Positions 1-14,030 of a stretch of 64,000 nucleotides of DNA are shown here, one piece after another (position 1 is the stretch's first letter; the number at the start of each line of letters is the position of its first letter). The DNA is taken from positions 156,676,001 through 156,740,000 of the forward strand of contig NC_058368.1 in NCBI RefSeq assembly GCF_018350175.1, given 5' to 3'. The notes below the pieces were generated by a model that did no database searches, was not told the DNA's origin, and saw only the letters and a list, made by a program, of their open reading frames with translations. The position numbers and the translations under genes were made by a program. Source of the stretch: Felis catus. Lineage: Eukaryota.

Positions 1-50
1 TCCCAAAAATAAGTAAACGTTAAAAAAACAAACAAACAAACAAAAAAAAA
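1..50 (+). mobile_element. 3' tail of a Can-SINE (SINEC_Fc-type), cut by the window edge
   Basis: tcccaaaaataagtaaacgtt followed by an A-rich tail. Confidence 0.8.
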
Positions 51-1906
51 CTACTGCATTTAAACCCCCAGCTTCTACTACGACCTTATAAGTATATTTC
101 AAGTCCATTCCTATAGACTTGTTTTTATCTGCCCTTACTGTAAAGTCATTTGGAACTGAAGGAATAGTCTTATTAAAATTAAAAGCTATAGGAATTCTAA
201 CCAATTGGAATGTATATTATTTTTTATTTTGTGTCTAATTTTTTTAAAATGACAGTTCCAAGATTTTTTGGAGGGAAAAATCTGTTTTTGCTAGAAATGG
301 TATAAGCACTGCAACTTTAATGTGATTTTATAATCTTGGCTCAGAAGTGAATTTTGTTTCCCTTGGTAACCTTTACATTGATAGAAATCAGATTACAGGG
401 CACATATAAGCTTCTTTTTCCTTTAACTACAGACAGGAGGGTTGTAGACAGTATTTTCTAACCATCTAGTACATGGATGCATTTTCATATTGCCTGTCAG
501 TACAGAATCAGTTAGTCCCTAAGAAATCTTTCAGGGAAGATTAATCTCCCAGTACATAGGATATGGGCATCATATCAAAATCAAGTCAGTCAATCACACA
601 TGGCTATGTAGAGACAATGAAAATAAAGCAATGTTCATGAAATTCTTAAAATATTTCCACCAGTGTATTTGATTTAGGTCTCTGTGTATGCAAGGTTAGG
701 CAAAAAGCAGATAACATAAAAAATGAAAAAAAAGAAAGCAAAAAATTAGAGACTTTTTTCAAAAGATGCCCTATGCATTTCATAGAAAACAAAAATCAAA
801 TGAAAAATACGAAAGCATATTTAGAAGCATAAGTATTACATAAAAATATTGTCATTTTATGTTTGTACATGAAAGACCAGTATAATTTCTACTTAATCAT
901 TTTTCTTAGGTAGAAATGTACAAAAGTGACAAATATTTTATAATTCATTATGTATCTTTTTCTGTATGGTACAAGTTAAGTCGTGGCTACATGATGCCAT
1001 ACTTTGAAAACTCAACGTGGTAAATAAACAGAAAAAAACAAAAACAATCTTTGGGGTCTCTCTCCTAGCTTTTGGCTTATATGGTGGTTGTTAACCAAGG
1101 CTTTGGGCCTGTATGTAGTATCCCTGTCTCCAATGGCACAAGTATATGTGTGGACATATTCTCTCCCAAACCAAAACAAAAAATGTTGCCACCATTTTTT
1201 TTTTCTGTGTACTACAGATTTTTGTTTATTTTTGAGCCTATTGTGATATTCTTTTCCAAATATCCATTTTGACATTTAGATTTCTACAGAGATGAATATT
1301 CATTCTCAAGCTCAAGAGAATAGCAAAAGAAATTAACTGTAATTTTGAGAAGTTTATTTCTTAATCCTTTGAAAGACTGGAGATCCACATGGTTCTGTTG
1401 TGGAGTAATATCCCATTAAAGAAACAGACACACAGTAAAAGTAATTAAGAACAAATCTTGTTCCTTCCATGATTTTTCTCATAAGGGACCCTAAATAAGA
1501 TCCAAATGGTTCAGTTCAATCCTTAGTAACCCCCGCTTTCCTCTCCTGTCCATCATCCCCATGGCCACAGCTACCCCAACTCATCTCTTCCAAACCTCCC
1601 TAGAAATAAAATTTCCTTTACATATCATTTATATGTATTTTTAATTCCTTTTACAACTTCTATCTCAGTTCTTTATTATAAAGGCACTCCCTTTTTTCTC
1701 ACGTAGATATTTCTTTCTCTCTAGAAGTGGAGAGGAGGGACGAAAAGCATCTCCAACTCTGAAGATCTTCCCTTTGGTGGGAGGAAGGTTGGCCATGAAT
1801 ATTGCCACATTAATAATACTTATGCTGTCACTCATATGTTAAAAGACAGTTCATGAATTCTATTTAATTGATTTTCTTTAGCCAGTGTCCATTCAAGACT
1901 ATTTCT

Positions 1907-1970
1907 TTTATTTTTTAATTAAAAATTTTAGAAGTTTATTTATTTATTTTGAGAGAGAGAGCACTGAAGG

Positions 1971-2018
<48 letters not shown>

Positions 2019-2144
2019 ATCCCAAGCAGTCTCCCCACTATCAGCACGGAGCCCAATGTGGGGCTGGAACCCATGAACTGTGAGATCATGACCTGAGCTG
2101 AAATCGAGTGGGTCACTTTACCCACTGAGCCACCCAGGTGCTCT
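1907..2144 (-). mobile_element. Can-SINE with expanded (GA)n tract
   Basis: SINE body and A-rich tail; approximate TSD agact(a/g)tttctt. Confidence 0.92.
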
Positions 2145-2706
2145 GAGACTGTTTCTTATGCAAATATGGATCTATTCTCCTATAATGACTTCTAGAAACT
2201 TACCAACTATGTCCTTAGAAGATTCTCTTCTCACCAATCTTAAAAACTGTTCTGCTATGGTTATTTTAAGACTAATCAAGTGCAGTAATGAGAAGGGGAA
2301 AGAGTGGAATAAGGAGTTGGATCTGTACCTGACTGTGAACATTCAACTGAGGTAATTCACTACCTTCAGACCAGTCAGTTCTGCTCTTATTTTAATAAAA
2401 GCCTCATTACTTTTTTTTTCCCTTTCTGTGTAGAAGAGAAACAAATGGAGGCAATATAAATGAAGCGTTGATGGGAATGAGGATGCCTAGAGGTTGCTCA
2501 AAGAGTGATTATATGAGATTTTTGGCTCAAGTGCCAGTTGCAAAATGTGGTTATTATGGTAAAAATAGAAAAAGGTTTGGTCACTGAGTGGATAGTCAGA
2601 ACACAGGAACCACAAAGAGTGTCTACAAATATGAATTAGATACAGAAAAAGTATCTGGAGACATGGATTAAAGAGAAGTTAGGTAGGAAAATAAAATAAA
2701 TTTCCT

Positions 2707-2940
2707 GGGGCGCCTGGGTGGCTCAGTCAGTTAAGCGTCTGACTCCAGCTCAGGTCATGATCTCATAGTTTATGAGTTTGAGCCCCGCATTGGGCTCTGT
2801 GCTGATAGCTCAGAGCCTGGAATCTGCTTCAGATTCTGTGTCTCCCTCTCTCTCTGCCCCTCCCCTGCTTGCACTCTGTCTCTCTCTCTCTCTCTTTCTC
2901 CAAAACAAATAAACATTAAAAAAAATTTAAAAAACAAAAC
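2707..2940 (+). mobile_element. Can-SINE
   Basis: ggggcgcctgggtggctcagtc head, (CT)n tract, A tail. Confidence 0.95.
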
Positions 2941-3479
2941 AAGGAATCTCCTTAAGTTCTTAAAAACAAAAACAAAAACAAAACAAACAAACAAACAAAA
3001 AAAACTACATCAAGTGAGAGGAAACACCTTTTTTTTTTTTCTTTCCATTTTTGGATATCTTTATCCTTCTCATCTTTCAAGGAAAATATTTTGTTTGCAA
3101 CCAGTAATGGTAGATCCCCTGATATAATTCTTGGACAAAAAGACTAGGTTCTGTGTAAGCTTTCTTCCTTGCTAGATTTTATGGAGACTTGTTTATATAT
3201 ATTCCCAGAGTGTGCTAAATCATTTAACTTCGCCAAACAGGAGAAGATGGAGTCCATAATCCTCCTACGTGACTGGCAATAGAACTGTCCTGAAGAAAAA
3301 TGCTCCCATGCTTCCCCTCCCCTCTATTTCGTTTCTGTCACACCATCAACAGGTTAGAGTTGTGCACAGCAGAATTTATCTCTCGTGAAAAATCTCATCA
3401 GACAAGGATACATGATAGAAAACCATCAAACAGCGAGTTTTATGTCATTGCATTAGGGAAAAACAAATAACTGGCTCAC

Positions 3480-3622
3480 CTTTATATACAATGGTTCCCT
3501 AAGATGCTCAACAAGAATGCAAGCTTTCTCCTCCCATATGGGATTGAGGTTCTTGTGTATTATTTTACTTCTAAAAACTTCTTTTCCTCCAATTTTAAAC
3601 TTCACGTATGGATCACTTGTCC
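3480..3622 (-). CDS. MCTP1: MCTP1 internal coding exon (probably exon 3), 143 nt, phase 1 to 0: (G)TSDPYVKFKIGGKEVFRSKIIHKNLNPIWEEKACILVEHLREPLYIK
   Basis: Translated by hand; it is not in the ORF track. Acceptor ctctttaacag|GG and donor AAG|gtgagc. It carries the C2-domain motifs SDPYV and LNPxWxE, and G+GG completes the Gly codon split by the intron. Confidence 0.96.
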
Positions 3623-4282
3623 CTGTTAAAGAGATACAGATTGATTCATGTTAATCATGCCTTTCGTTGGAAGCAAGAGAATAGCTCATTTAAACATAAG
3701 GAAGTATTTAAAGGAATAAAAGTTAAATAAAGCTTATCACATGGGAAAATAAAGGTTAAGGTTTTTTTTCCTAAAATTCTCCTTAAATATTAAAGGGACA
3801 GTATATAATACTATTAAATCTAAGTAATAATAATAATAGTAATTTTTTTTTCTGATCTTTACATGGTAACCCTGTCCTGATACTTAAAAACCTCTATTGC
3901 ATGCTGCATATGTCAATTTAATTCATATTATAAATAACAGAGATGAATCTGACATTTCTCTTGGTATCATCTGGTCAACTACAAAAAGATGATCCAGCAT
4001 CTTGACCTAACTGACTAGTTTTAGACTTAAATATGCTGCTCAAACTTTATACTAGTGTGATGGGCTTAAGGAAAGGTGAGTCACAAACTGGACTTTAAAT
4101 TCATCCTTGGTCCCACATTCTCTCTTGCTCAGAATTTTCAATTTTAAAATGCTAGGAAAGGTTGGAGGTCTCAGAGTAAGCCATTGGGGGAAGGGGACAA
4201 CTGCTTATTTAATCAACTGCCAACTTCATATTAACCCTGCGCACCTCCCAAGCTCCCTATGATAATAAAGAAAATCGGAGCT

Positions 4283-4490
4283 AGGGTGGCTCCAGTTGGT
4301 TAAACGTCCGACTTCAGCTCAGGTCATGATCTCGCAGTTGGTGGGTTTGAGCCCCGCGTCGGGCTCTGTGCTGACAGCTCAGAGCTTGAACTGCTGCAGA
4401 TTCTGTGCCTCCCCCTCTCTCTGCCCCTCATGCTCATGCTCTGTCTCTGTTTCTCAATAATAAATAAATGTTAAAAAAAAAAAGAAAAAA
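4283..4490 (+). mobile_element. Can-SINE inserted into an old MIR
   Basis: TSD aaagaaaatc(g/a)gagct; MIR-like sequence resumes at ~4500-4600. Confidence 0.9.
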
Positions 4491-5479
4491 GAAAATCAGA
4501 GCTGTTAAGTAAGTTGCTCATGGATACACAGCTAACAGGAGATGAAGTTAAAATTCCAACCAAGCCTGTTTGACTCCAATGCCTGTGATTTTTCTACTAC
4601 ACAGGGATGGGGGAAGGGCTTTGACAGGCTTCTATATATATCATACCATTTCTCATTGTGACTGATGAATGAGGCCAATGGATCTAATGAGTCTATGCTA
4701 TTAGAGAAGGTGAGTCTATGCCTCCTAGAGAAGGTGAATCAGAGACATCCTCAAGTAAATCATTCCAGTGTGACAATCTTCATCCTCAGGAAATAGTTCT
4801 TTATACAAGGCCCGACTCTGTTATGATAAGATTTCGTTTAATTCTTTTTGTTTTGTCTAAACTGAAGCTACACTTGGTAACTTTGGTCTATATGATTTAA
4901 AGAAAAATATAAGTGGGGCTCAGTAAACTGTGAAGCATGATATAGATGTTAGACGTTACAAGTACGCTGATATCCTTAAGCTTACTACCAGCATCCCCTC
5001 TCAGCACTCCCCTCACTGCAATGACGCATAAATATCTGTGCTCAAAATAAGGACTGACTTGTAGGATTTGGCTTTTCTTATTTAATCATTTGGGGGTTTT
5101 CTCAAAACTCTCCACATTCCTGAAGTAACTTTAATGTCCAGCTTTTTGTATGCCTAGGCCTGGGTATAACGAAATAATGATCCCAATTTCCCATTGTGAA
5201 ATTCCCATTTCGACAGTTTGATTTTTATCAAAATGATACAAACTTTAAAAATATTTATAAATGTAAATGCAGGCTATTATATGGTAACCTGTTATAATGC
5301 ATTCTTTAGGGGAGTCAGTGTAACCAAAAAGTTTAAAATTGCTACTTTTAACACAGTGGTTCCCAACTATGGGCTGAGGACCCTGGGGATTGGGAGTTTT
5401 GCAGCACATACTTGGAGGGATATTAAAATCTACGTACCTATATGAAATTTCTCAGTCATGCCCTCATGATTTCAAATTC

Positions 5480-6620
5480 ATGTATGTAACTATGCTACCT
5501 GCTAAAATATAAGGAGCTCCATAATATGAGAGCCATTTGGATCACTGTTTTGTTTTGTTTTAAATCGCCAGCACTTAGTACAGAATCAGACATATTGTTG
5601 GTCCCCAATAAACATCCGATGACTAACTGAATGAATCACTGACTTAATGGTGTGGGTGGTAGACCTCTGTTCCTCTTGACTTTTGTTGACTCCACTTGGA
5701 TATCTAATAGACATCCCATCATCAACAATGTCCAACACTTAAGTCTCGATCCTCTCTCCTGCTAACTGCTCCTCCCTCAGGCTTTGTTGGGTCAGGTAAT
5801 GACTTCATCATTTGACAACTGCTTATACAAGACACCCGGAAATTGTTCTCAATACCTCCTTCTTCTCCATGCGTTGCATCCAGGACACCACCAAGTCCGA
5901 TTAATCCCCAGACTCACCTTATCTATCTTCTCTGCCTCCAATCTAGTTAAGCTACTACCATATTTCTTCGCTGTACTACTATAATAATAGCCTCCTAATT
6001 GGGCTCTCCACACCTTCTGTGTCCCCCTCCATTAGTTCACTAGATGACAGGCAGAGCTTTTAAAAATACAAATCTAATCTTCCCCCTTCTTTGCCTAACA
6101 CATCTCAACAGCTTTCAATTACACCTACAATAAAATCCAAAATCTGTAACATGGTAGACAGGACTTGCCATGTCTCCAACTCCATTTTGGGCCCTTCACC
6201 ACGTTCCAGCTATCCTGTCATTGGAAGTTATTTTCTGCTTCCAGTCTTTGCATATTCTTGCAAGACTCTGTGCTTGAAAAGTCCCTCCCTCCCATTCTCT
6301 TCCCCTTTTGCCTGGTTGGCATTGTATTTTCCTCCTGGTCTTAGTTTAAATGTAACTTGCTCAGAGATACCTTTCTCAACCTCCCAATCTGAATTAATTT
6401 TTGTTATTATTTTCCCTTGGCATTTGCTCTTTGCTTAACAGCACTAATCATTATGTATGTTACTTATAGGTTACTTTGTATGTCTGTTTATTGTGTGCAT
6501 TTTTCCGCTGGCTATGACCCCCATAAAGGCCAAGACTCGTCCCCAGCACACGGCACACTGTCTGGAGCAGAGGAGGCACTCAATAAATATTTGTTTAATA
6601 GATGTGGCGGTATAGATTAA
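5480..6620. mobile_element. L2 fragments
   Basis: L2 3'-end motifs (gcactcaataaatatttgt) and pyrimidine-rich L2-like body. Confidence 0.6.
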
Positions 6621-8085
6621 TGACTACTGAGTCAATTTACAGTGTACAGAGTACTATTAAATGCATCCTCTGAGATGTTGATAAAAGACGACGTTATCCA
6701 CCTATATTGAAGATGAGAAGCAATCTGAGATTCAGAGTGACTTGACCCCAGTCATGTAATGAGTAAGCCAGGAAGTAACAGGATAGAAGCAAACTTAGAT
6801 TTTCAGATGCAATGTTCCCTCTACTTATGTCCCAAACATCCATATTTTCCTGCTTTTCTCTAAAGTACCATCGGGGAATAATTTTGGAAAGATGTTGAAT
6901 AATCATTAGATACTATAAATAATGCTACTAATGACAAGCAGCCTCCTCTGGTCTATAGAATGCTCACACTCAGTATTTGTTTATCCACCCTACAATTGAG
7001 TCTCCATTTTACAGATGAGAAAACCAGGACAGGCCAAGTGGCTCATTTCAAGTCAGACGAGAACTCACATCTGAAGACCAGTCAAATAGCGCTCTTTCTG
7101 GCACATCATCACCAAACACTCATTTCAGGATGTAACAATGCTCTCTTTCTTTCGTCCAAAAAGTAAGAATAACTCTTTTGTAAGAAAAGTGATTTCAAGA
7201 AACTGGGCCTTGTGTTTTTAAATTGGGTCTCACTCCATTTAGTTTAGGTATTCTGTAAAAGGACTGACAAAACTTCTAGTAATTCAGCACAGAAGCCTAT
7301 ACACACAAAAGTAAATCCTTTTGAGACACAATCTGTTTCTTGCCCCTTCCCAGAAACATTTTCCTCACCTGCCATACAGGTGAACTGACAAAATTCCCAG
7401 TTTCTGGAATCCTGCTGGGTCGTCCTCAGGCTCCATAGTAGAAGTTAAATTACAAAAGGGGATCTACATCACTCCAGGGAACATGTGCTGACGACTTACT
7501 ATATCAGATATAATACACCACCCAACAAGCCTGTGAGATCACTTCTAGCGCTGTCTTGAAGTTACAGTGAAGAAACTACAGCATAGAACAGGTGAGTAAA
7601 GTCGAGGCCACCTCCAAACACATTTTTCATGCTTGGTGTCATATCGATGATGCTGCTTGAGGCAGTATGTATCCAATGGCCTGAGGAAATAACAATCCAG
7701 CCAATAAAAGCAGGTCTACAGGTTAAGTTAGGGATGAGGGACAGATTTTTGAATGGTGACAGGCACAAAGATCACAGGGATTGGTAGAAGAGAGACAGTT
7801 TTGAGGGACTCTGAAAACTGTGGTATTTTTCCAGGGTTCTTTGACCATGGGGCCTATTTTTCTTGAGTGCATTTTTCAGACTCACAATCCCTAATTTGTC
7901 TTTGGGAAATAGTACCTTATTATATTTCATACATAAGGAATTTCCCACATGTTTTGGAATTTATTCTAGTGTAACAGACTATCCAGTGAACTCAAATTAT
8001 TTTATTTTAATAAAACTCCCAAGCTCCTAACATGTGGTTAATCTTTTCTGGTGGTTATAACCAGAAACCTGGTTATAACCAGGTT

Positions 8086-8300
8086 ATATATATTATGTTA
8101 TATATATATATATATAATGTTATATATAATGTTATATATATATGTTATAATAATAATTATATAATTATATAATATAATAATTATACAATAATTAATATAT
8201 AATTATACAATTATATTATTACATATATAAATAAATAATTTATAATAAATATATAAATATATTTTATTTATGTATTAAAATTATTTCCAAATATATGTAT
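8086..8300. repeat. AT-rich, (TA)n-derived low-complexity tract
   Basis: Almost exclusively A and T. Confidence 0.9.
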
Positions 8301-8380
8301 TTAGTTTGTTCGTTCAAAAAACCAAAAAATTAATAAATTCACCTGATAGTGCTGCTGCTTTGTTGCATTATTGCATTCAA

Positions 8381-8394
8381 CCACAAGATGGCAC
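8381..8394 (+). promoter_or_regulatory. Candidate CTCF core motif CCACAAGATGGCAC
   Basis: One mismatch to CCASYAGRKGGCRS, in non-repeat sequence, with a TGCA-containing segment just upstream. Confidence 0.45.
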
Positions 8395-10717
8395 TAACAC
8401 TTACCAAATTGTTGTGAGGCATGTGGCTCTATTCAAAATTAAGGCATCTCTACTGCACACATAGTGGCTCTTAAGCATTTTCTAGCAATTTGTGCTTTGC
8501 TGCTATTAGCTAAGCCATGATCCTCATTAAAACATTTTTTATGGTGCTAATGAAATGAAAACAGGGAAATAAGTATGGAAGAAGAAAGCAGGATAAGTTA
8601 GCTCTAAAATACAATTCAGGTTTTATTTTTATTAATGTCATAGTCAAGAGCAACCTTTCTTCCACATGCACTTTATCAGATAGCATTAACTTCAGAATTT
8701 ATTTTTAAAAATTAATTCTTTTATTTTATAATTATAAATTCTATGCTTTAAAAATTCTAGATTAATCTAGTCCTAGGGATTATTAATTATTTCTGAAGCT
8801 TAGGATCAAAATTGTCTCAAAAAGAAGAATTAGATGGTATGTAAAATGTTTTCTCATGTACTAAAGGAATACATGCCCCAATGCTATGCTTTATCTTATT
8901 TTATTTTTTGGAGCCATGTCACTGATGAGCACTTCGACATTTTGTGTGATTATTTAGCCTTTAATGTAATTTAAGTCTAACACAGAACTAAACTCTGAAT
9001 GGGTCCACTTTTGTGTGCAATCAACACAGCATACACAAGATGGCAGCCTCTTTTCCCTTAAAATAGCATTAACAATATTTCAGTGTAAATACTGGTTTTT
9101 CTCCTCAGAATTAACGAGCCTCCTGGTTAACAAGTTTAAATCTCTTATCCCAAACCTTGTATGTTCAACTACTCCTGTTTTGGGGATTTATAGTCATTCA
9201 ATGATGCTGACCCCTAATCAAAAATAATGCCAAACTGAAACTCAGTCTCATATTGGAAGTAAGGAGAGAGAAGAAGGAGGAAGAGGAAGAGAAAGAAGAG
9301 TAAAAGAGGACAACAAACAGAAGTGGACATAAGTATTGAGTGTGGACAGTTAAAAACAATTCGAATTTAAGGTGGATTTTCCTGAAGGTACTGGTTTTTC
9401 TAGAAATATTTAAAGCTAGCATCTATGCTGCCCAAATGCAACAGAGTGTGTGTATTGTATAATAAGGTTCTTCACACTTGAAAGAGGCCTGTAAAGGTAA
9501 TGTTCAAGCATACTTAGAGAATAGGTTATGTCTTTATATACATTTATTTTTCACTAATGACTTAAACATCTTCAAAACATATATTTATGTATTAAAATTA
9601 TTTCCTTAAACTCTCCCATTCCTGCTTCGTTTTTTGTTGGAGATTTGGAGTGCCCTATGAATGACATATTACATAGGGGAAAATAACTAAAAATATTAAA
9701 ATTCAAAGGCAAAAGGTTTCTAACAGCATATGGCTTACTGTAATAAAATAAGAGTAAACTTTTTTGACAAAGAGAAATATAAATATTCCAATGATTTTGA
9801 AATTTGTGGTTAATGAAGTTACCATGATACAGCACATAAAAGAACTAAAAATAATACTGTGATGTAACATAGCGTAGGGCTGAACTAAGTATATTTCTTT
9901 CTTTGAAGGGTAGAAGGCACTTCAAGGCACACTGTAGAGAGAAGGCGTAAGTGACAAGAATAGGCTATTGATTTTTATGAGTGATTTTCTGGCTTTTCTC
10001 TTGTAAATGCAGAGTTCAGGATATGTGAGAAAAGATTCTACATGTTATATTTGGGATAATTACAGCTTACTCTATTCCTTTTCATATGTGGCATAAATTA
10101 CAGTTGATATCTACATGGAACTTCTTGATAACGTCTGCAAGTATAGGTAAACTAAAATATGGAAGGGCAGTGGTTACTTATGGGTTTTTTTCCATACTTC
10201 TTTAGACAAATTGCTTTAATTTTGAATATAAATTATATATTAATCCGTGATATAGGAGAAACACAGTGCAGGAGTGCCCTAGATGTCATTTTTTCCAAAG
10301 GGCTTTACTCCTATTGCCTCTGGGTGCTCCCTCTATGACCAGTAATTAATTAACGCACTGACTAGATACGACAGATATTCTTTGCCATTTCCCTTTTTTC
10401 TTTTTCTTTTTGTTTCCAAAGAGAAACAGTTTTCCCTGGAATTCTGTTAGAATATATTACTACGTTGGTACAGCCATCATAACCCCCTAAAAAATCAAAT
10501 TTGAAAATTTGAAAGAAAATTGAAAAGCACTTTAATTTTCCTGTTAAAAAAATCAGGATATTAAAAAATTACACCCCAAAGTTTCTATGCTTTTTTCAAC
10601 TTTTTTTTCTTCTGGCATCCCAGTACTTTTCTGAAATTGTTTCCTTGAGTGTCACCCATAACTTTTAACTACCGATTTCAGTGGGCTTTTCTCAGTCTTC
10701 CAACTGTGGACTGGGAT

Positions 10718-10760
10718 TTCTTTCTCTCTCTCTTTCTTTCTTTCTCTCTCTCTCTCTCTC

Positions 10761-10805
<45 letters not shown>

Positions 10806-10830
10806 GTTTCCTCTCTCTCTCTGTCTCCCT
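10718..10830. repeat. Compound (CT)n(GT)n microsatellite
   Basis: Seen directly. Confidence 0.95.
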
Positions 10831-11204
10831 CTTTCTTTGGATTCTATGACTCTGCTCTTGGTAATCTTATGGTGAAAAGAATATTGACCATAGTCAGTTT
10901 TGCTTTTTACAGGCAGTGTGCTCTTAACAAAGTCTCTTGTCTATAGTTTTTTAATCCTTAAAATGAGACAACTTCCCAAGTTTCTCTGAAGAAAGTAAAC
11001 AATAAGATTTCACTTACATGCCACTGAGAGAGAAGAAGCTACTCCACATAAGAGAATTTTTCAAAAAACTAAAAATTGTCACATGAAACAACAAGACCTG
11101 TTTTACTAATAGATTTGAAGGAATTATTTCTGAAATTTATCCTCTTGTGTCCTTTTTGGGTAAATAATGAATGTAATTTTTTTTAAAAAATGGGCAAGAC
11201 CACT

Positions 11205-11312
11205 ATCTGGGTGGCTCAGTCAGTGAAGGTCACAATCAGGTCATGATCTCACAGTCATAGGATCAAGCCTTGTGTTGGCTCTACACTTGCGGTGTGGACC
11301 TTGCTTGGGATT
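11205..11312 (+). mobile_element. Truncated Can-SINE
   Basis: ctgggtggctcagtc...tcaggtcatgatctcacag. Confidence 0.75.
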
Positions 11313-12589
11313 TTTCAATTTCAATTTCTGGAATTCCCAAGTGAATGCTGCTAAAAGTCAGAAAATACCTCACAGAGAGATATTTATCACAGAGAGTTCC
11401 CCCGGTCGTAAGTATCTCTATAATCTGTAATATATTCTATATATTCTTAATTTGCTCTATTCCTTTCAATTTAGAGTTGTTATAAACTCAACAACAGTAA
11501 TATTTCTGTTATTATACATACCAGTGAATAAAATGTGGTTCTTAAAACATAACAAGTTAAAAGTGATTTGAGGTGTAAGGAGTCTGAGTTCCTGGAATCA
11601 CTGCATGGAGGGGAGCCATCTGCCAAGAAGCACGTGCCTTGGACAATTATGTGGATGAGGAATAAACTTCTATGACATTTGAACCATTAAATATTTTAAA
11701 GGTGCATTTATAACAGCAGCTCAGCCTACCTTAACCAAAACAGATTCCTACATCTTGTAAATTCTAATCATTAAAATTCTACTTGTAACTACAGTTTAGC
11801 CTGTACCACCTGATAAATGCTCCTGAACCCTCTGATTCTAATTCTTAAAATCTCTCTTGAAATCATCTCTGATTTCAATGCTCAGGTGAGCATTGCCTCA
11901 CTATTCCTTATCTAGATTATTAAGCACCTTCTGTTTGGTCTCCTTGCCTCCCTTCAAATCCCTTCCCCAAAGGCTACTACAGTTCTCTGTCATACATAAA
12001 TTGGGCCACCTCCACCTGATTCATCTTGGACCACATTTTACTCCATCTTCCCCATCCACAAGCAGGTCTGTGGGTAACCCAGGCCCCAGAGCTCAGGCTC
12101 AGAGCCAGTTTTCAAAGCTTCTCCTTGTCCAGGGAATTTTATATAAACTGGGTATTTTTTTTTATTGTTTTATACTCTTAACCAGGGAGCCTTCTGATCT
12201 TAATTTGGCTTCCCTGGCAGCATGAACCCCATTATCCATTTCTTTAATTTTTTTTTTTTTAGTAATAGAGCCTCTGTGAGGTTAGCAACACATGTGATGA
12301 CCTCAATAAGGAATTTCATATCCTCCAAGCAACAGGTGTGGCCATATGACAAGTTCTTGCTGGTAGATGGGAGCAGAAGTGACAAACACAACTTCTGGAT
12401 CTTCTGGTGAAAAGTGGAGCAAGTGCTTTGAATCAGAGAAGAAAGCATGAAGTGATGTAGGCAGAGCCTCTTCATCAGCCTGTGATCTCTCCCTTTTGGA
12501 CTCAAGGTGGGAGGAAACGTCTTTCCACTATACTTACAGCCTTCTTGTTACCAGAAGCTTGGCTTGCACTCTAAGATAACTTTCTAAAA

Positions 12590-12769
12590 GTTTATTTATT
12601 TTTGAGAGCATAGAAGTGGGGGAGGGGCAGAAAGAGAGGAAAACAGAGGATCCAAAGTGGGCTCTGCACTCACAGCAGCAAGCCCAATGTGGGGCTTGAA
12701 CTCACAAACCATGAGATCATGACCTGAGCCAAAACCAAGAGTCGGACGCTCAACCAATTTAGGCACCCC
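12590..12769 (-). mobile_element. Can-SINE
   Basis: SINE body; TSD aga(t/c)aactttctaaa. Confidence 0.9.
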
Positions 12770-13799
12770 TGAGACAACTTTCTAAATAGATTTTGCTTCC
12801 AGACGAGTATGATTTTTTATTGGAATGATTTGACTTTATATAGCTAATCAATCTTGTTTGAGTTCCATTCAATCCATTTCATTAAGATCAGGTGGTATGA
12901 ACTAGTTTCCCCCACAGCCTGGCCACTCCCGGGCACTGAGCCTTCTGACTGACTGCAGTGGAAGATAAAATCCAGTAAAGAAAAGAAAACAGATTGAGAT
13001 GTAAAGGAGCTAACTTTCATGAATATTTACTACGTACCTGGGGCTTTTCACACAATATTTCATTTAGTTATAACTATAGCCCTGTGAGGTGAGTTAAACT
13101 AGTGGATAGAAGGCGTCCAAAAGATGTTTACTGAAAAAATGAATAAATTAATATTCTTAGTACTTTATAGGTGAGTAAGCTGGTTCAGAGACGTTAGGCT
13201 GCTTGACCTGGCTATAGGATCCGTTTGATTCTAGATGCCAAATGTGTTCCACTACACTATGATGCTTACCTACTATAAGCTTTTTAAATCAATAGACATG
13301 TTCCACCTAGCTCAAGCTCTTATTTTTGGGCTCAGTCCTTCCATATGGCGCCCCCATTAGAAACTGGATTCTATATTAGGAAGCCACAGATCTCACTGAA
13401 CTTGGCAATCTTTAACTCTTGAACCATAATCATGACAGTGTAGCAGTTAGACAAGCATGGATGAATGTGATTGGGGAGATTTATTTAGTGCCCTTTGCCT
13501 GTATGTAATAGGAAATCTCATGAAGGCAAGAACTCTTCTGCATCCCAGAACTTACCATGAAGCAGGTGCTCAACTCATCAGTAAATATTTGTTGACTTGT
13601 ATGAATGACATACATTACCATTAATATACTGGCTTTGCTAAGCTGGGCACTTATTCAGATGCTTAAAACTGGACTTCTCTGCAGAGAACAAAATTATTCA
13701 GTGGTGCTCCACAAAAAAATCTAATTAAAAAGTATAAAATTATACTTTAATGTATTTTGAAGGCTTCTTTTCACTCCATCCACAACAGAGGTGGTTTGG

Positions 13800-14030
13800 T
13801 GCCATGTAGGGTATTGGTAAAGAGGTAGACCTCCAAGTTAGAAAGCCTGCTTTCTAATGTCAGCTCCAGTACTTACTGACTATGTGAATTGCAAAAAGCC
13901 ACTTGACTCAGATGAAAATGAAGGTGGTATAAAACCTCATGAAGGTCGTTGTGAGGGTTTAATTAGTTAATTTGTGTAAAGTACTTACCACAGTTACTGG
14001 CACAAAGAAAACATTCAATAACAATTAGCA
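13800..14030 (+). mobile_element. MIR
   Basis: MIR core motifs (acttactgactatgtga...gttgtgagggtttaa). Confidence 0.65.

Noticed and set aside
2707..2780. tRNA genes at SINE heads (A and B boxes)
   Set aside because: These are tRNA-derived SINE promoters, not intact tRNAs
4688..4740. Two-copy ~24-bp tandem repeat (tgagtctatgc...tagagaagg) containing a plus-strand AG|GTGAGT
   Set aside because: An ordinary slippage duplication; the donor is on the non-gene strand and has no supported exon
7500..7680. Possible 181-nt minus-strand cryptic exon (tttcctcag|G ... ATA|gtaagt)
   Set aside because: Short pyrimidine tract, weak exonic donor bases and frame-shifting length; such pairs are expected by chance in 42 kb
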